A DNA stretch of 64,000 nucleotides from Octopus sinensis. Its lineage: Eukaryota. The notes below the pieces were generated by a model. It had not been told where the DNA came from, ran no database searches, and worked only from the letters and a program-made list of their open reading frames with translations. Position numbers and translations under genes: made by a program. This document shows, piece by piece, positions 1 to 11,189 of this stretch; the first letter of the stretch is position 1; each line of letters starts with the position of its first letter. The stretch is taken from assembly GCF_006345805.1 (NCBI RefSeq), contig NC_042999.1, forward strand, positions 171,926,001 through 171,990,000, in the 5' to 3' direction.

Positions 1-94
1 TACTTTTGTATGTAACACAATTTTTAATCTTCGGATTTTTAAATATGCTAAGCCACTGTTTTTAATTGATTAACATAAATTTCTATCCTTATTA

Positions 95-136
<42 letters not shown>

Positions 137-663
137 GTAACATATGGTTTCGTAGAGTCGTGTGTCTACCACGGGAATCTCTTCTAGGGGAATCGGCTAT
201 CAGATCACATAATGATTCAAGACATATGATTTTAATACACAGTTCCATGCAGCTGAAATCCACGAGATCTGATCGATGAGGTTATTTATTGAGGTGTATA
301 TAAACAATAAATGTCAGGAAGTTAGACAGCTGAATGTTTATATTCAACCACTTGTCTTCCTTCCGGTTACAGCTGTTTCGCCCCTTCTTTATTGTATATG
401 TCCGTTCTAATACGCACGCTCGCATTATAGAACACAACACAATAGGTGAAGCATTGTGATGGACATAATATCCTGGTGATCTGATAAGCCAGCTTTCTTT
501 ATCTACATTGTTTTGCGAATTTGTAACGTACCGAGTAATGTGTAGCATGTATATTTATGCAGACATATAAACGTAATTTATTGTACACTAAAATAATTAT
601 TACTTAAAGTAAGCTGTGAACCGACCGGAATCTTAAGGATGAGAGGTGGTTAAATACATGCTA

Positions 664-856
664 GAAGGTGCTGAAAAGATCCTGGCTTTAAGTGTGTAGC
701 GAAAGAACAGGATGAGCTCTTTTATAGAGCTTAGTAAAAGTGAAGGGCCATTGCAATAAGTGTATGAAGCTGAGAGAGGAATATGTCGAATAAAATCCAA
801 AGTAACTGACCCTCCTGCATTTTCTTTTACCCAAAGCCAGGAACTTTTCAAACATA
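664..856 (+). mobile_element. mariner-derived MITE (~190 bp) retaining the transposase C-terminus
   Basis: Inverted termini tgaaaagatcctggcttt (672-689) / aaagccaggaacttttca (833-850). The interior reads ...KGHCNKCMKLREEYVE* (stop 791-793), like the mariner C-terminal 'RWxKCxxxxGxYVE*'. Confidence 0.75.
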
Positions 857-904
857 TGTTTGTATGTGTTTAGTGTTTGCCTGTATATAATTATACACAC
901 GTAT

Positions 905-1067
905 AGGCGCTGGAGTGGCTATGTGGTAAGAAGTTTGATTCCCACCCACATGGTTCAGGGTTCAGTTCCACAACGTGACACCTTGGGCAAGTGTATTCTC
1001 ATGTAGCCTCTTGCAGACCAAAGCCTTGTGAGAGGATTTGGAAGACAGAAACTGAAAGAAGCTTGTT
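905..1067 (+). mobile_element. SINE family A head (tRNA-like, CORE-like central motif)
   Basis: ggcgc.ggagtggctatgtggtaag...ggttcag.tcca...accttgggcaagtg...actgaaagaagc followed by (TA)n; the same sequence recurs about 10 times in the window. Confidence 0.85.
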
Positions 1068-1130
1068 ATACATACATACATACAAACATATATATATATA
1101 TATATATATACATATATATATACATATATA

Positions 1131-2606
1131 TTATATATAAGGGCTTAGTAAAATAAATTACTTTGCCACATACTGAACTCATTAGAAATAGCAGCTAAAG
1201 AAATTTCTTTAGCTATTTCTAATACTTAAAGAAAATCTCTCTCAGATAGTGTTTGCTCAAACCAACTCACACAGGTATGGGGGAAAAAACATTAAAAAAT
1301 CAAGTGCAAAGGTTATTTGAGAACATACGTTTCTAGATTAGTCAAATCTACATTTCTTTCGTCAGCTCAGAACTCCTTGATTCGGATTTGGGAACACTGA
1401 AAGTGGGAGCATATCCTTTAGGCTTCTTATCACCTCTAGATTTCCGCTCGAACTAAAAGTGCTATCAAATTCGAAATATGCAAGCGAAGAATTTCTGCTC
1501 TCCCCTCTCCACCAGCGTGGGTTAAAATTGACAAACACTATGTTTTATCTGTGAAAACCGACGCATTAAACAGAGAGAAATGAATTATAATTTCAACAAT
1601 TGAGGGTAAAATTAATTAATTATTAATCAATTTCACCAAGTATTCAGTATGTAAAGGGACCATTTTAGGCGAATTCAAAATATTACATTATATATAAGGG
1701 CTTAGTAAAATAAATTACATTGCCACATACTGAACTCATTAGAAATAGCAGCTAAAGAAATTTCTTTAGCTATTTCTAATACTTAAAGAAAATCTCTCTC
1801 AGATAGTGTTTGCTCAAACCAACTCACACAGGTATGGGGGAAAAAACATTAAAAAATCAAGTGCAAAGGTTATTTGAGAACGTACGTTTCTAGATTAGTC
1901 AAATCGACGTGGCAAAGTAATTTATTTTACTAAGCCCTTATATATAATGTAATATTTTGAATTCGCCTAAAATGATCCCTTTACATACTGAATACTTGGT
2001 GAAATTGATTAATAATTAATTAATTTTACCCTCAATTGTTGAAATTATAATTCATTTCTCTCTGTTTAATGCGTCGGTTTTCACAGATAAAACATAGTGT
2101 TTGTCAATTTTAACCCACGCTGGTGGAGAGGGGAGAGCAGAAATTCTTCGCTTGCATATTTCGAATTTGATAGCACTTTTAGTTCGAGCGGAAATCTAGA
2201 GGTGATAAGAAGCCAAAATGATATGCTCCCACTTTCATTGTTCCCAAATCCGAATCAAGGAGTTCTGAGCTGACGAAAGAAATGTCGATTTGACTAATCT
2301 AGAAACGTACGTTCTCAAATAACCTTTGCACTTGATTTTTTAATGTTTTTTCCCCCATACCTGTGTGAGTTGGTTTGAGCAAACACTATCTGAGAGAGAT
2401 TTTCTTTAAGTATTAGAAATAGCTAAAGAAATTTCTTTAGCTGCTATTTCTAATGAGTTCAGTATGTGGCAAAGTAATTTATTTTACTAAGCCCTTATAT
2501 ATAATGTAATATTTTGAATTCGCCTAAAATGGTCCCTTTACATACTGAATACTTGGTGAAATTGATTAATAATTAATTAATTTTACCCTCAATTGTTGAA
2601 ATTATA
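1131..2606. repeat. Tandem plus inverted array of a 557-bp unit (modular fold-back)
   Basis: gggcttagtaaaataaattac occurs at 1141 and 1698 (period 557). From 1909 the reverse complement runs to 2606 (gtggcaaagtaatt at 1909 and 2466). Copies differ by only a few substitutions. Confidence 0.95.
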
Positions 2607-2699
2607 TACATATATATATATATATATATTATAGATAGATAGATAGATAGATGTATACATGTAAATATATGTATGTATGTATGTGCGTATGTGTGTGTC

Positions 2700-2884
2700 T
2701 GTACTTGTCACCCCTCTATAGCTAGATAACCAATGTTTACTTTCCCCGTAACTTATCAGTTCGCAAAACAGACTGATAGAATAAGTACTAATCTTACAAA
2801 GAAGTCGCCCTGCGGTCGATTTGTTCGACTAAAGGCGGTACTCTAGCATGGTGGCAGTCAAATGACTGAAACAAGTGAAAGAAT
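2700..2884 (+). mobile_element. SINE family A 3' module (diverged, orphan)
   Basis: ...gatagaataagtacta...ggtcgatttgttcgactaaaggcggtactctagcatgg...gtcaaatgactgaaacaag matches the module at 34720-34919. Confidence 0.8.
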
Positions 2885-3039
2885 ATACATAGGCATATTC
2901 ATACTCACGTATAGACAAGATTCATAAAATCAAAAATATTATTAAGTTGCATTTTTGTTTTATTTAATTTAGAGACGATCGCTTTTCAAAATTGAACCGA
3001 AATGGGTTTGACCCCACCAACCGCATTTCTGCGTTGAAC

Positions 3040-3620
3040 TTCTTCCTTTTTTTACTCAACTTAATTAGGCGCTTACATACCCAACATTCGGGCTACTTTC
3101 TCCCACCCTTCTGCATACTTTTTTGCCGTCAGGCATTTCTTCTCCATACATGCTTTCCCTCTTAGGTGATATAAAAATAGGTTAACCAAAGCATGCCCGG
3201 AGCGGAAGGTGTCTGATGCAATACCTCTTCCACGCAACTTGCATATCGCCTCTTTCCCTATAGCTATTACGGTTAGAAAACAGAATTTCTCTTCTCTCTT
3301 TAGAGGAGACGGCGGAACGATCTTAATAATCGATTCGGCTGACAGCTTTACTCTCCCCAGCTGTAACAGTACCCGTTCCGTAGAAATCCACAGGTCTGAG
3401 AGACTCGGATACTGTACGTTTACATGCAGAACAGTTTCGTTTTTCCGCCCGCAATGTGGACACGTAAGCGAAAACGTGACGCCATGCCTCGCGAGTGTAT
3501 CCTGTACTGGCAAGGCACCTCGGAAGCACAGTCACGCCAGGGACCTCTGGAAGTTGTCCAAAGATCCTGGGCCGAAAGCTCTTTGATGCCGTTTGGCAAG
3601 CTCACATCTTGTTCATTATA
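3040..3620 (-). mobile_element. Tx1/L1-like LINE ORF2 C-terminal remnant (zf-RVT region)
   Basis: The minus frame reads FGPGSLDNFQRSLA*LCFRGALPVQDTLARHG..TCPHCGRKNETVLH..Q(Y)P, the CxxC-x8-H zinc knuckle after the RT, and is open to 3073 (146-aa ORF in track). Confidence 0.8.
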
Positions 3621-3799
3621 ACGTCTTACATCCCTTCACGACATTTCCTGTTCCTAACTAAATACGGATTCTGTATGTAGTTTCCATGGTGACAGCGCGA
3701 AATATGTCACATGTTTCAGTATTGCTATGACAGGTGCATCATTTGCGCCGCTCTTTTGTTGTAATTTGTTATCGTGTTATTGTTGTTGGCGTTTCTCAA

Positions 3800-4320
3800 G
3801 TTTTAGATGCTAATGATGGACGGGGAGAACAGAGGCGGTGTTGGTGCCTGTGGTGTTGGTTGAGTCGTTGGTGGTAATGGTTATGCTGTTACTATTGATT
3901 TTGATGATGATGATGGTGATGAGGGGGAGGAGGAGGGGGAATGGGAGAAGGAGGAGGATGGTGATGAGGATGATGATGATGATGAGTAAGAGGTGAAATG
4001 CGAGATGGAGGAATAGGAGGAAGGTGACGAGGAGGAGAGTGAAGGAAGGAGGAGGAAGGTGAAGGAAGGAGGAGGTAGGTGAAGGAAGGAAGGAAGAGGA
4101 GGGTGAAGGAAGGAGGAGGTGGACGAAAAGACGTTGATAGGTCGAGATGATACTCGATAGGCATCACTACCACCACCATCACCTTCAGGACCACAATCAT
4201 CGTCATCATCATCACCATCATCATTATCCTCCTCCTCATCATCATAATCATCATCGTCCTCATCATCATCATAATCAGAATCGTCGTCGCCGTTGTCGTC
4301 GTCGTTATCTGCTTGAATAT
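3800..4320. repeat. Mixed trinucleotide low-complexity tract (GAT/GGA then CAT/CGT)
   Basis: Directly visible; explains ORFs 3892-4329 and 4147-4422. Confidence 0.9.
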
Positions 4321-4798
4321 AACAGGCATACTATGAATAACGTTGTTATGGCGATAATTATGATGATTATAATATTGACCGTGAATGTATTTAGAATAGC
4401 TTCAGCATACCGGATCATGTGATGTGACAAGTTTCGCATGAAATATTACAGATGGTTTGGGTTGATTGTTTGTATGTTTTCTAGTCAGTTCAATTATCTA
4501 TGTTATCGTACAGCTGATCTGTCAGGAAATCAATCACTACTAAGATAAGTAGCTTCAACGAAACCCTTTTCGTTCAATTCCCCTTGAAATCACGTTGGCC
4601 AACAAGTTACGATCAAATATTCTGCTCTCTCTCCCTCTTCATTTACTTTTCTTTTTATATTCATATACAAAGATACGTTCGTATAGAGCTATTTTGTCCA
4701 ATCAAGATCTCTATCACCCAATCTCTTTCTTCCTCTCTCTACAGTCTATTTCACTGGTTGTACACGTATGCTCTCACTTCTCACACACAAATACACAC

Positions 4799-4884
4799 AC
4801 ACACAAGCGCGTGCACACACAAGCGCATGCACACACAAGCGCGTGCACACACAAGCGCGTGCACACACAAGCGCGTGCACACAC
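4799..4884. repeat. 16-bp minisatellite (acacaagcgcgtgcac) x5
   Basis: Five consecutive units at 4801-4880, one with g>a. Confidence 0.9.
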
Positions 4885-5148
4885 AGAAATATAGAGAGAT
4901 TGATAGATACACACGCACGCACATATATTGTATGTATATATTGTATGTATATATATATATATCGTTTGCTAAATTGAGAAAAACGTATTAGAGTGGATAT
5001 ATTTATTTGTATCATCGTGCAGTACATTGTTGGTTAAGATTTGGCAAGTTATCTACAGTTTCACACCGACTGTGACACTGGAGAATATGGGTGATACTTC
5101 AGACTTGGTGTCCAGGAGAGCATCTCCTCATTCATGCTGGCGATAGAT

Positions 5149-5238
<90 letters not shown>

Positions 5239-5573
5239 TGTGATGATAATTAAAGATGCGATTGGCAACATGTTATATGTGTATATATATATTAAGCATG
5301 TACATACACAAATATCTATATGTGTACAGTTAGATTAGACACTCAAGCTTTGTGGTTCAGGTCGTAACTCAATATGGTAAGAAGCATGGACGGATAAATT
5401 TGATTATTATATCAAAAGTTGAAAACCTGCTCAGAATTTTGCCACGAATCATACCTGGCAAATCTCCGAGTAGATACTGAAATTCTAAATAAAACATTAA
5501 CGGGCACTCACACACAAACGCCAATGTACATATATACACAAATACAAATATTTACATAAAATATATGTGTGTG

Positions 5574-5746
5574 TGTAGGTGTTGAGTCACACCTGCCTCT
5601 ATCAAAATTTATATTCGGAAACACTGACACCAGGTTCGATTCTACACCAAATGTTTGTAAATAGAATTCACTTAGCAGAATCGAACCTAGGTCCAGGTGA
5701 TATAGATTCGAAATTAATATCGACACAGCCATGTTTCAACACCTAC
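5574..5746. mobile_element. Imperfect palindromic MITE-like element
   Basis: Outer IR gtaggtgttga / tcaacacctac and inner IR aggttcgattct / agaatcgaacct. Confidence 0.45.
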
Positions 5747-5752
5747 TCAAAT

Positions 5753-5823
<71 letters not shown>

Positions 5824-6751
5824 TGTTAGTAATAGTGTAGTTTGATAGTGGTGTTGGTGTTGGTGGAGGTGGTGGTGATAGTAGTATTAGTAGTAGTAGT
5901 AGTAGTAGTAGTTGCTGTTGTAGCACAAGTGTATATGCAGCCTATTTTGTGACTATCGTCGTAAATTTTGTTACTAACAACAATAAACGTAGAAATATTT
6001 TAAGTCGTAGTTTTACTTATCGCAAACTTTGTTGCAGACAAAGTTCAATGTGCATAATATTAGACGTAAATTTCTGAAACACTGGGAAGATAAACTTAAT
6101 TTGATGACGGTCCTCATGAATTTGAGATTCTATAGCTATTATCTGCAGTAAAGTTCTCATTCTTGCTCTTCTAAAACACTAATGGCAGCTATATTTTCTA
6201 GAATTGCACCGTTGTTAGAATGGCGCATATTTTAATTGACATCAATCATGTTTGGCATGCTGATCATTTGATGCAGGATAATACACAATAATTTGAAAGC
6301 ATACGATATTAGGTGTGTACGACATCGTCTCATTGCAATCTATAGTCGCAACTATGAACGTTCATGGCCTCAGTTTAAATTGATAAGCTTTCTACATAAA
6401 TTTATATAACCATACCGTCAACATAAATGTATATAAGTAAATCGGCAGCAGGGAAGAAAATTTGCAGTTCAAGTATATACTTCACTTCCTAACAGGTCTG
6501 GAAACAAATTCTCCTAACTACTAATAACGTGCAAGATACGAAACGATAAAATGGAATAACAATTCAAATCGTATATCAGTAATAAAACGATGAAGATTAC
6601 CAACGTATTGTTAGACCGCCAAGGTCAATTCTGCATAAACATTGGCAAAAATGAGGCACATATAGTGGTACAGCAGATATAATTGAAAACCTAATGGTTA
6701 TGATGATTATGATGATGATGACGATTGTGCTCATATTAATAATAATAATGA

Positions 6752-6920
6752 CCTTTTCTACTATAGGTACGGGACCTAAAGTTTTAGGGCGGGGGCTTGA
6801 CGATTATATCAACCCAGATTTTAACTGCTATTTTATCGACTTCAAACGATGAAAACCAACGTAAAAACGGAGAAAGTGTCACCAAACATTTTGTCCGGTG
6901 TGCTCACGATTCTGCAACTT
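6752..6920 (-). mobile_element. SINE family B, strongly diverged
   Basis: ttttctactataggtac..cctaaagttttagggc...ttttatcgac...cattttgtccggtgtgctcacgattctgc aligns to the reverse complement of 18072-18466. Confidence 0.6.
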
Positions 6921-6924
6921 GGTG

Positions 6925-6946
6925 GTTACTACTGCTACTGCTGCTG

Positions 6947-7013
<67 letters not shown>

Positions 7014-7113
7014 ACTACTGCTGCTGCTGCTACTACTACTACTAATAATAATAATAATGATAATAATAATAATGATAATAATAACAACAATAGTAATAAT
7101 AATGATGATGATG

Positions 7114-7152
<39 letters not shown>

Positions 7153-7165
7153 GTAATAGTAATAG
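6925..7165. repeat. (CTA)n / (AAT)n compound microsatellite
   Basis: Directly visible. Confidence 0.95.
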
Positions 7166-7170
7166 TATTT

Positions 7171-7906
7171 GTGTGCAGCGCTCAGGAACAAGCTCGCAGA
7201 ACAAACCAGATATCACATTGATAAAAGCACTGACTCGCCACAGTGTAGGATGTGCTCTGAGAAGGTAGAACGTATAAGCCATATTGTTAGTGGGCGCTGT
7301 AAGCACGCACAACGCGAATACAAAGGGAGACACGACAATGTGGCCTGATATGTCCACTGGCTGTTATGTGGTAAAGGAAACTTCGAGAGAGCTGAACAAT
7401 GGTATGAACACAACCCGGAGGGAGTAATGGACAGCGAACATTACAAAATACTCTGGGGTTTTAACATACAATGCGACCAAGTCATAGAGGTGAGATCGTC
7501 CATAAAGATTAAAAAGAAGCAGAGATAATAGATGTTGCAATACCAGGCGATTCGAGCATGAAATGTAAAGAAAGAAAAAAGAACGAGAAATACTAGCCAC
7601 TGCGGGACGAGATAGGTAAGTGATGGGGCATACGTAAAGTAATGGTGATACCGTGGTAATTGAAGCATTAAGAGCAATTTCCAAGAGCTTTGAAAAACAT
7701 ATTAAGTATATTGGTGCTGCTGTCAGGCTCAAAGTGATCCAGGAGACAGCATTGTTGAGTACAGCTGGCATTCTAAGGAGAGTATTGTCATCTTTGAGTC
7801 AGAGGAGAAGGCACTATTTGAAACCTTTGGTGATTTCTTATTGCCTGCTTTCAAGTAAAGAACAACCAGTATTTGAGAACTATCCGAGACTCTGTCAGAA
7901 TAATAA
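7171..7906 (+). mobile_element. R4/Dong-like RLE non-LTR retrotransposon, 3' fragment (CCHC + restriction-like endonuclease), decayed
   Basis: Across frameshifts it reads CSAQEQA.RTN / HIDKSTDSPQCRMCSEKVERISHIVSG.CKHAQREYKGRHDNVA / WYEHNPEGV...KILW.FNIQCD / IIDVAIPGD...E.K..KY.PLRDEI / VVIEAL...IQETALLSTAGILRRVL. It is preceded by (AAT)n and ends in aataataat. Confidence 0.85.
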
Positions 7907-8140
7907 TATTTTTTAATTTTGTTAACCTTTTTCTCTCTGTTTTCTCCTTTATCTCTATCACGTGACTCTGTAAATAAACAATCTGGTGTGTTTGTTTTAA
8001 CGACCTACCAATGCATACAGTACCTTTCTCTGCCCTAGGTGTCAGGAAGACACTCGGCAAGAAATGTAAACTGAATTGAAAGAAGATACTAATGAAAATA
8101 ATGATAATAAGTATAATATAATAATAAAAAAAACGTTGAT

Positions 8141-8525
8141 ATTCCTGGATACTCAACACTACACACTATCCAAAATATAGCTCTGCTACGAACAGCCCAC
8201 ATTCTACGCAAGATACTATCAATTCAATAATACAACATAGACACAAGACATACTCTATATAACAATTAGCAGTGAAATACACTTCCACCAGACAGACAGA
8301 CGAACGCATTACACACTCAACACAGAATACATGCAGTACAACAAAAGACTGCACCACACATCAAAAGAAGAAAAATAACGCAATAAATACCAGGAAGAGT
8401 TTGTGCACTCTCAACAACAGAAAAGAACACACAATGCTAGACAGACCCCAGTAACACGGAGGCGTTGCGGTGATACAGTAAAAGTTTGCCTCAAACTACC
8501 AAATGTTGAACAACTATAAAATAAT
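8141..8525 (+). mobile_element. Second R4/Dong-like 3' end plus 3' UTR
   Basis: IPGYSTLHTIQNIALLRTAHILRKILSIQ* (stop 8228-8230), the typical RLE-LINE terminus; AAT-rich flanks on both sides. Confidence 0.7.
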
Positions 8526-8829
8526 ACTCCATACAATATGAACTCGGATACATTCCCTGTTCCTGAACACGAGGATAAAAAACTATCGATAAAACTGTAG
8601 CTACTTTATGGAGCTAAAAATGATATTCATAAGTGTGGCAGATGAAGAATATGTATACGTGGTGAAAGGAAATTTAAAAAGGAATAGCAGAAAGCTCGAT
8701 GTAATCATCAACAAAAATGTAATAATAGTTGTATGGAATGTTAAGATCGGTTTAGCTTAAAGGAAGGATTGAATATTACGAAAGAGAACATGTGTTTATC
8801 TCGTTTTTGAAGAAAAAAAGCAATAAAAT

Positions 8830-9320
8830 GAAATTACCAAATTTGTTAGGAATTTGAAAGTGGAAGGCTACTGGAAGAATTAAACAGACTGGATTAAACA
8901 TAAGCGATATCAGAATTTGAAATGGTATTATAACGCATGAGCATAACCTCATATACTGTGCAGATTATGTTGCTTATAAGTAAAGCAACAAGAAAATAAA
9001 GCAAATAAAGCAAAAAGAAACAGAAATATCCATAGAACAGAAGGGACTTCAGAGTTAAGGAGATCAGCCCAAAATTATCTTGGTTAAATGCTATCATTGA
9101 AAACAAAATGGTTAAAGTCATTAGGGAAAGCTACAAAAACGATATAATATTCGACACAGTAGTGAATAAGTTGATAAAGAGAGAGAAGAAATAAAAATTA
9201 AAGACGAATAAAATTATGAGATGCCAACAAATGAGAATATACGAAACAAAATCTATCGAAACAATGAAATTAAACTCTATTAAACGCTTAACAATATGAA
9301 CGGACACCAGGAGATTATAT
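8830..9320 (+). mobile_element. R4/Dong-like ORF N-terminal region, highly decayed
   Basis: Frameshifted motifs HNLIYCADYVA, KKKQKYP*NRR..KLSWLNA and KIMRCQQ..QNL.ENNEIKLY resemble the pre-RT region of R4-clade ORFs (NNLIYAAA / KKEPWWKRR / NRLFENNQKRFY, from memory). Confidence 0.5.
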
Positions 9321-9480
9321 TGGAAGCATTGAAGCAGGATCCTAATTGAGGGAGAGGAACAGGTAAAATGCGAGCAACATATGTTTCCTAGTTTGCGGAA
9401 TACGGGCTACATATGTTTCCTAACTTGCGGAGTACGAGGAGTACTCAGATAGTTATTCATACAGAGTAGCTACATTAAGT

Positions 9481-9881
9481 ATTCTTTTCCACTCTAGGCA
9501 CAAGGCCCCAAAATTTCTGAGAAGGGGGCCAGTCGATTATATCGACCTCAGTACTCAACAGGTACTTAATTTATCGATCCCAAAAGATTGAAACGCAAGA
9601 TGACCACGGCGAAATTTGAACTCAGAACGTAGCGGCAGACGAAATACCTATTTCTTTACTACCCACAACGGGCTGAACTCAGAGAGGACAAACAAGGACA
9701 GACAAACGGATTAAGTCGATTATATCGACCCCAGTGCGAAACTGGTACTTATTTAATCGACCCTGAAAGGATGAAAGGCAAAGTCGACCTCGGCGGAATT
9801 TGAACTCAGAACGTAGCGGCAGACGAAATACCGCTCAGCATTTCGCCTGGCACCCTAACGGTTCTGCCAGCTCGCCGCCTT
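9481..9881 (-). mobile_element. SINE family B, dimeric form
   Basis: Head aaggcggcgagctggcagaa, B-box-like gagttcaaattc, body gcctttcatcctttc.gggtcgat; the body is duplicated internally. Confidence 0.9.
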
Positions 9882-10319
9882 AGATACCTTAATTATACAA
9901 AGGTTACATTGTGGTTAGAGAATTCCAAGACAACTCACCGAAGATGTAATTTCGCTTCGGCCTCATGAATGCTAACCGAGTACTCCTCGTTGTGTAATTA
10001 TTACACCAGATAATTTGCAAGCTAGGAAACCTATATAGCTTGATTTTAAAGGTTCCACTCCCTCAATTTCGATTTTTATTTGCATTCATAACAACTCTTG
10101 TTGCTACCTGTGAGCAATACGAAATTTTTTTCATCTTATAGAACTTCAATATGGAAAAAGTCTACAGTCTTGACACCAATGAATTATTATTGTTCCTGAA
10201 CATTGTTTTTAATATCTACCACGGACTGCTCAAAGCCCACATACTTCTTACAATTACACATATATATATACATGTATGTAAATATATATATATGTGTGCG
10301 TGCGTATTTGTGTGCATGC

Positions 10320-10362
<43 letters not shown>

Positions 10363-10370
10363 ACTGTATG

Positions 10371-10970
10371 ATTATTCAGTTTTATTTCAATATTTCTAGT
10401 CAACAGAGAAACAGCCGGTTTCTAACCTAGATCCTAGGGTCCTTCATTGAAATTTCAACATCAACGACACGGTATTTTGTATTTATGCATGTATGTGTGT
10501 TTGTATGTATGTACGTATATGTGCAGACTTGTATGCTTTGTTTTATGTGTGTATTCTCATGCATATAGTTGCATATCTAGATACGCTCATACATATTTAA
10601 ATGACAAAATTCTGGAATGTTTTTACAGATATTAACAGTTCCAGTGATTGATTGGATCTGTAGTCTTCGAATCAGCTTCCTCCATTCTCGTTTTTGAGAA
10701 ACCTAATTTCTCAAGATTAGTCTTGATGCAATGTGTTACATATTCCCGTTTCTCAATAATTACTGCTATTAACCTGAACGTGTAATCTGGATAGAGTAAC
10801 TGTAGATTTCTCAGTAGTTCAGCGTAGGTATTCTGTTTTTCAGTAATTTTCAGATTTATGTTAATATCTGCTGGGCAGCTGCTTTCCAGAACACTACACA
10901 ATTTCTCTTTTCTATCACAAATCCTTATATCAGGTCTGTTGTGCATACAATTTATTGAGGTCTTCATAGG
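10371..10970 (-). mobile_element. RLE non-LTR retrotransposon 3' end (endonuclease + 3' UTR)
   Basis: ORF 10632-10967 reads HNRPDIRICDRKEKLCSVLESSCPADINI..KITEKQNTYAELLRNL (RPD-x-E/D...K..Y RLE motif), then RKLIRRLQIQSITGTVNICK after a frameshift; it ends ...aactgaataat. Confidence 0.8.
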
Positions 10971-11189
10971 GACGTTCTATCAGTACTGTTTTTTATTATG
11001 AGTGGTTATGCCGTTTACCATACATTGGGTTCTTATTTCCTTGTCCTCTGTGTTATCCTATGTATGTATTTACGTACGTATGTATTATATTTTAATGCTT
11101 AAATATCTACGGAAATGTGAATCTCTAATCAAATGATCTTCGGGCTTCAAAATTTTAAAAGTACGTACAATTATATACTGTCACTTTCT

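Noticed and set aside
633-900. Minus-strand ORFs 633-851 and 688-900 as host exons
   Set aside because: They are antisense to the mariner MITE.
1131-2606. Pure long-read missed-adapter palindrome artefact
   Set aside because: The arms are asymmetric, include an extra partial unit and carry private substitutions. Read-level confirmation is still advisable.
4799-4884. Short direct-repeat arrays (also 61310-61490) as CRISPR-like
   Set aside because: No unique spacers and a eukaryotic context; they are simple minisatellites.
8700-8960. Possible RTE apurinic endonuclease start (VWNV..)
   Set aside because: Downstream motifs fit the R4/Dong N-terminal region better and are colinear with the RT at 11190.
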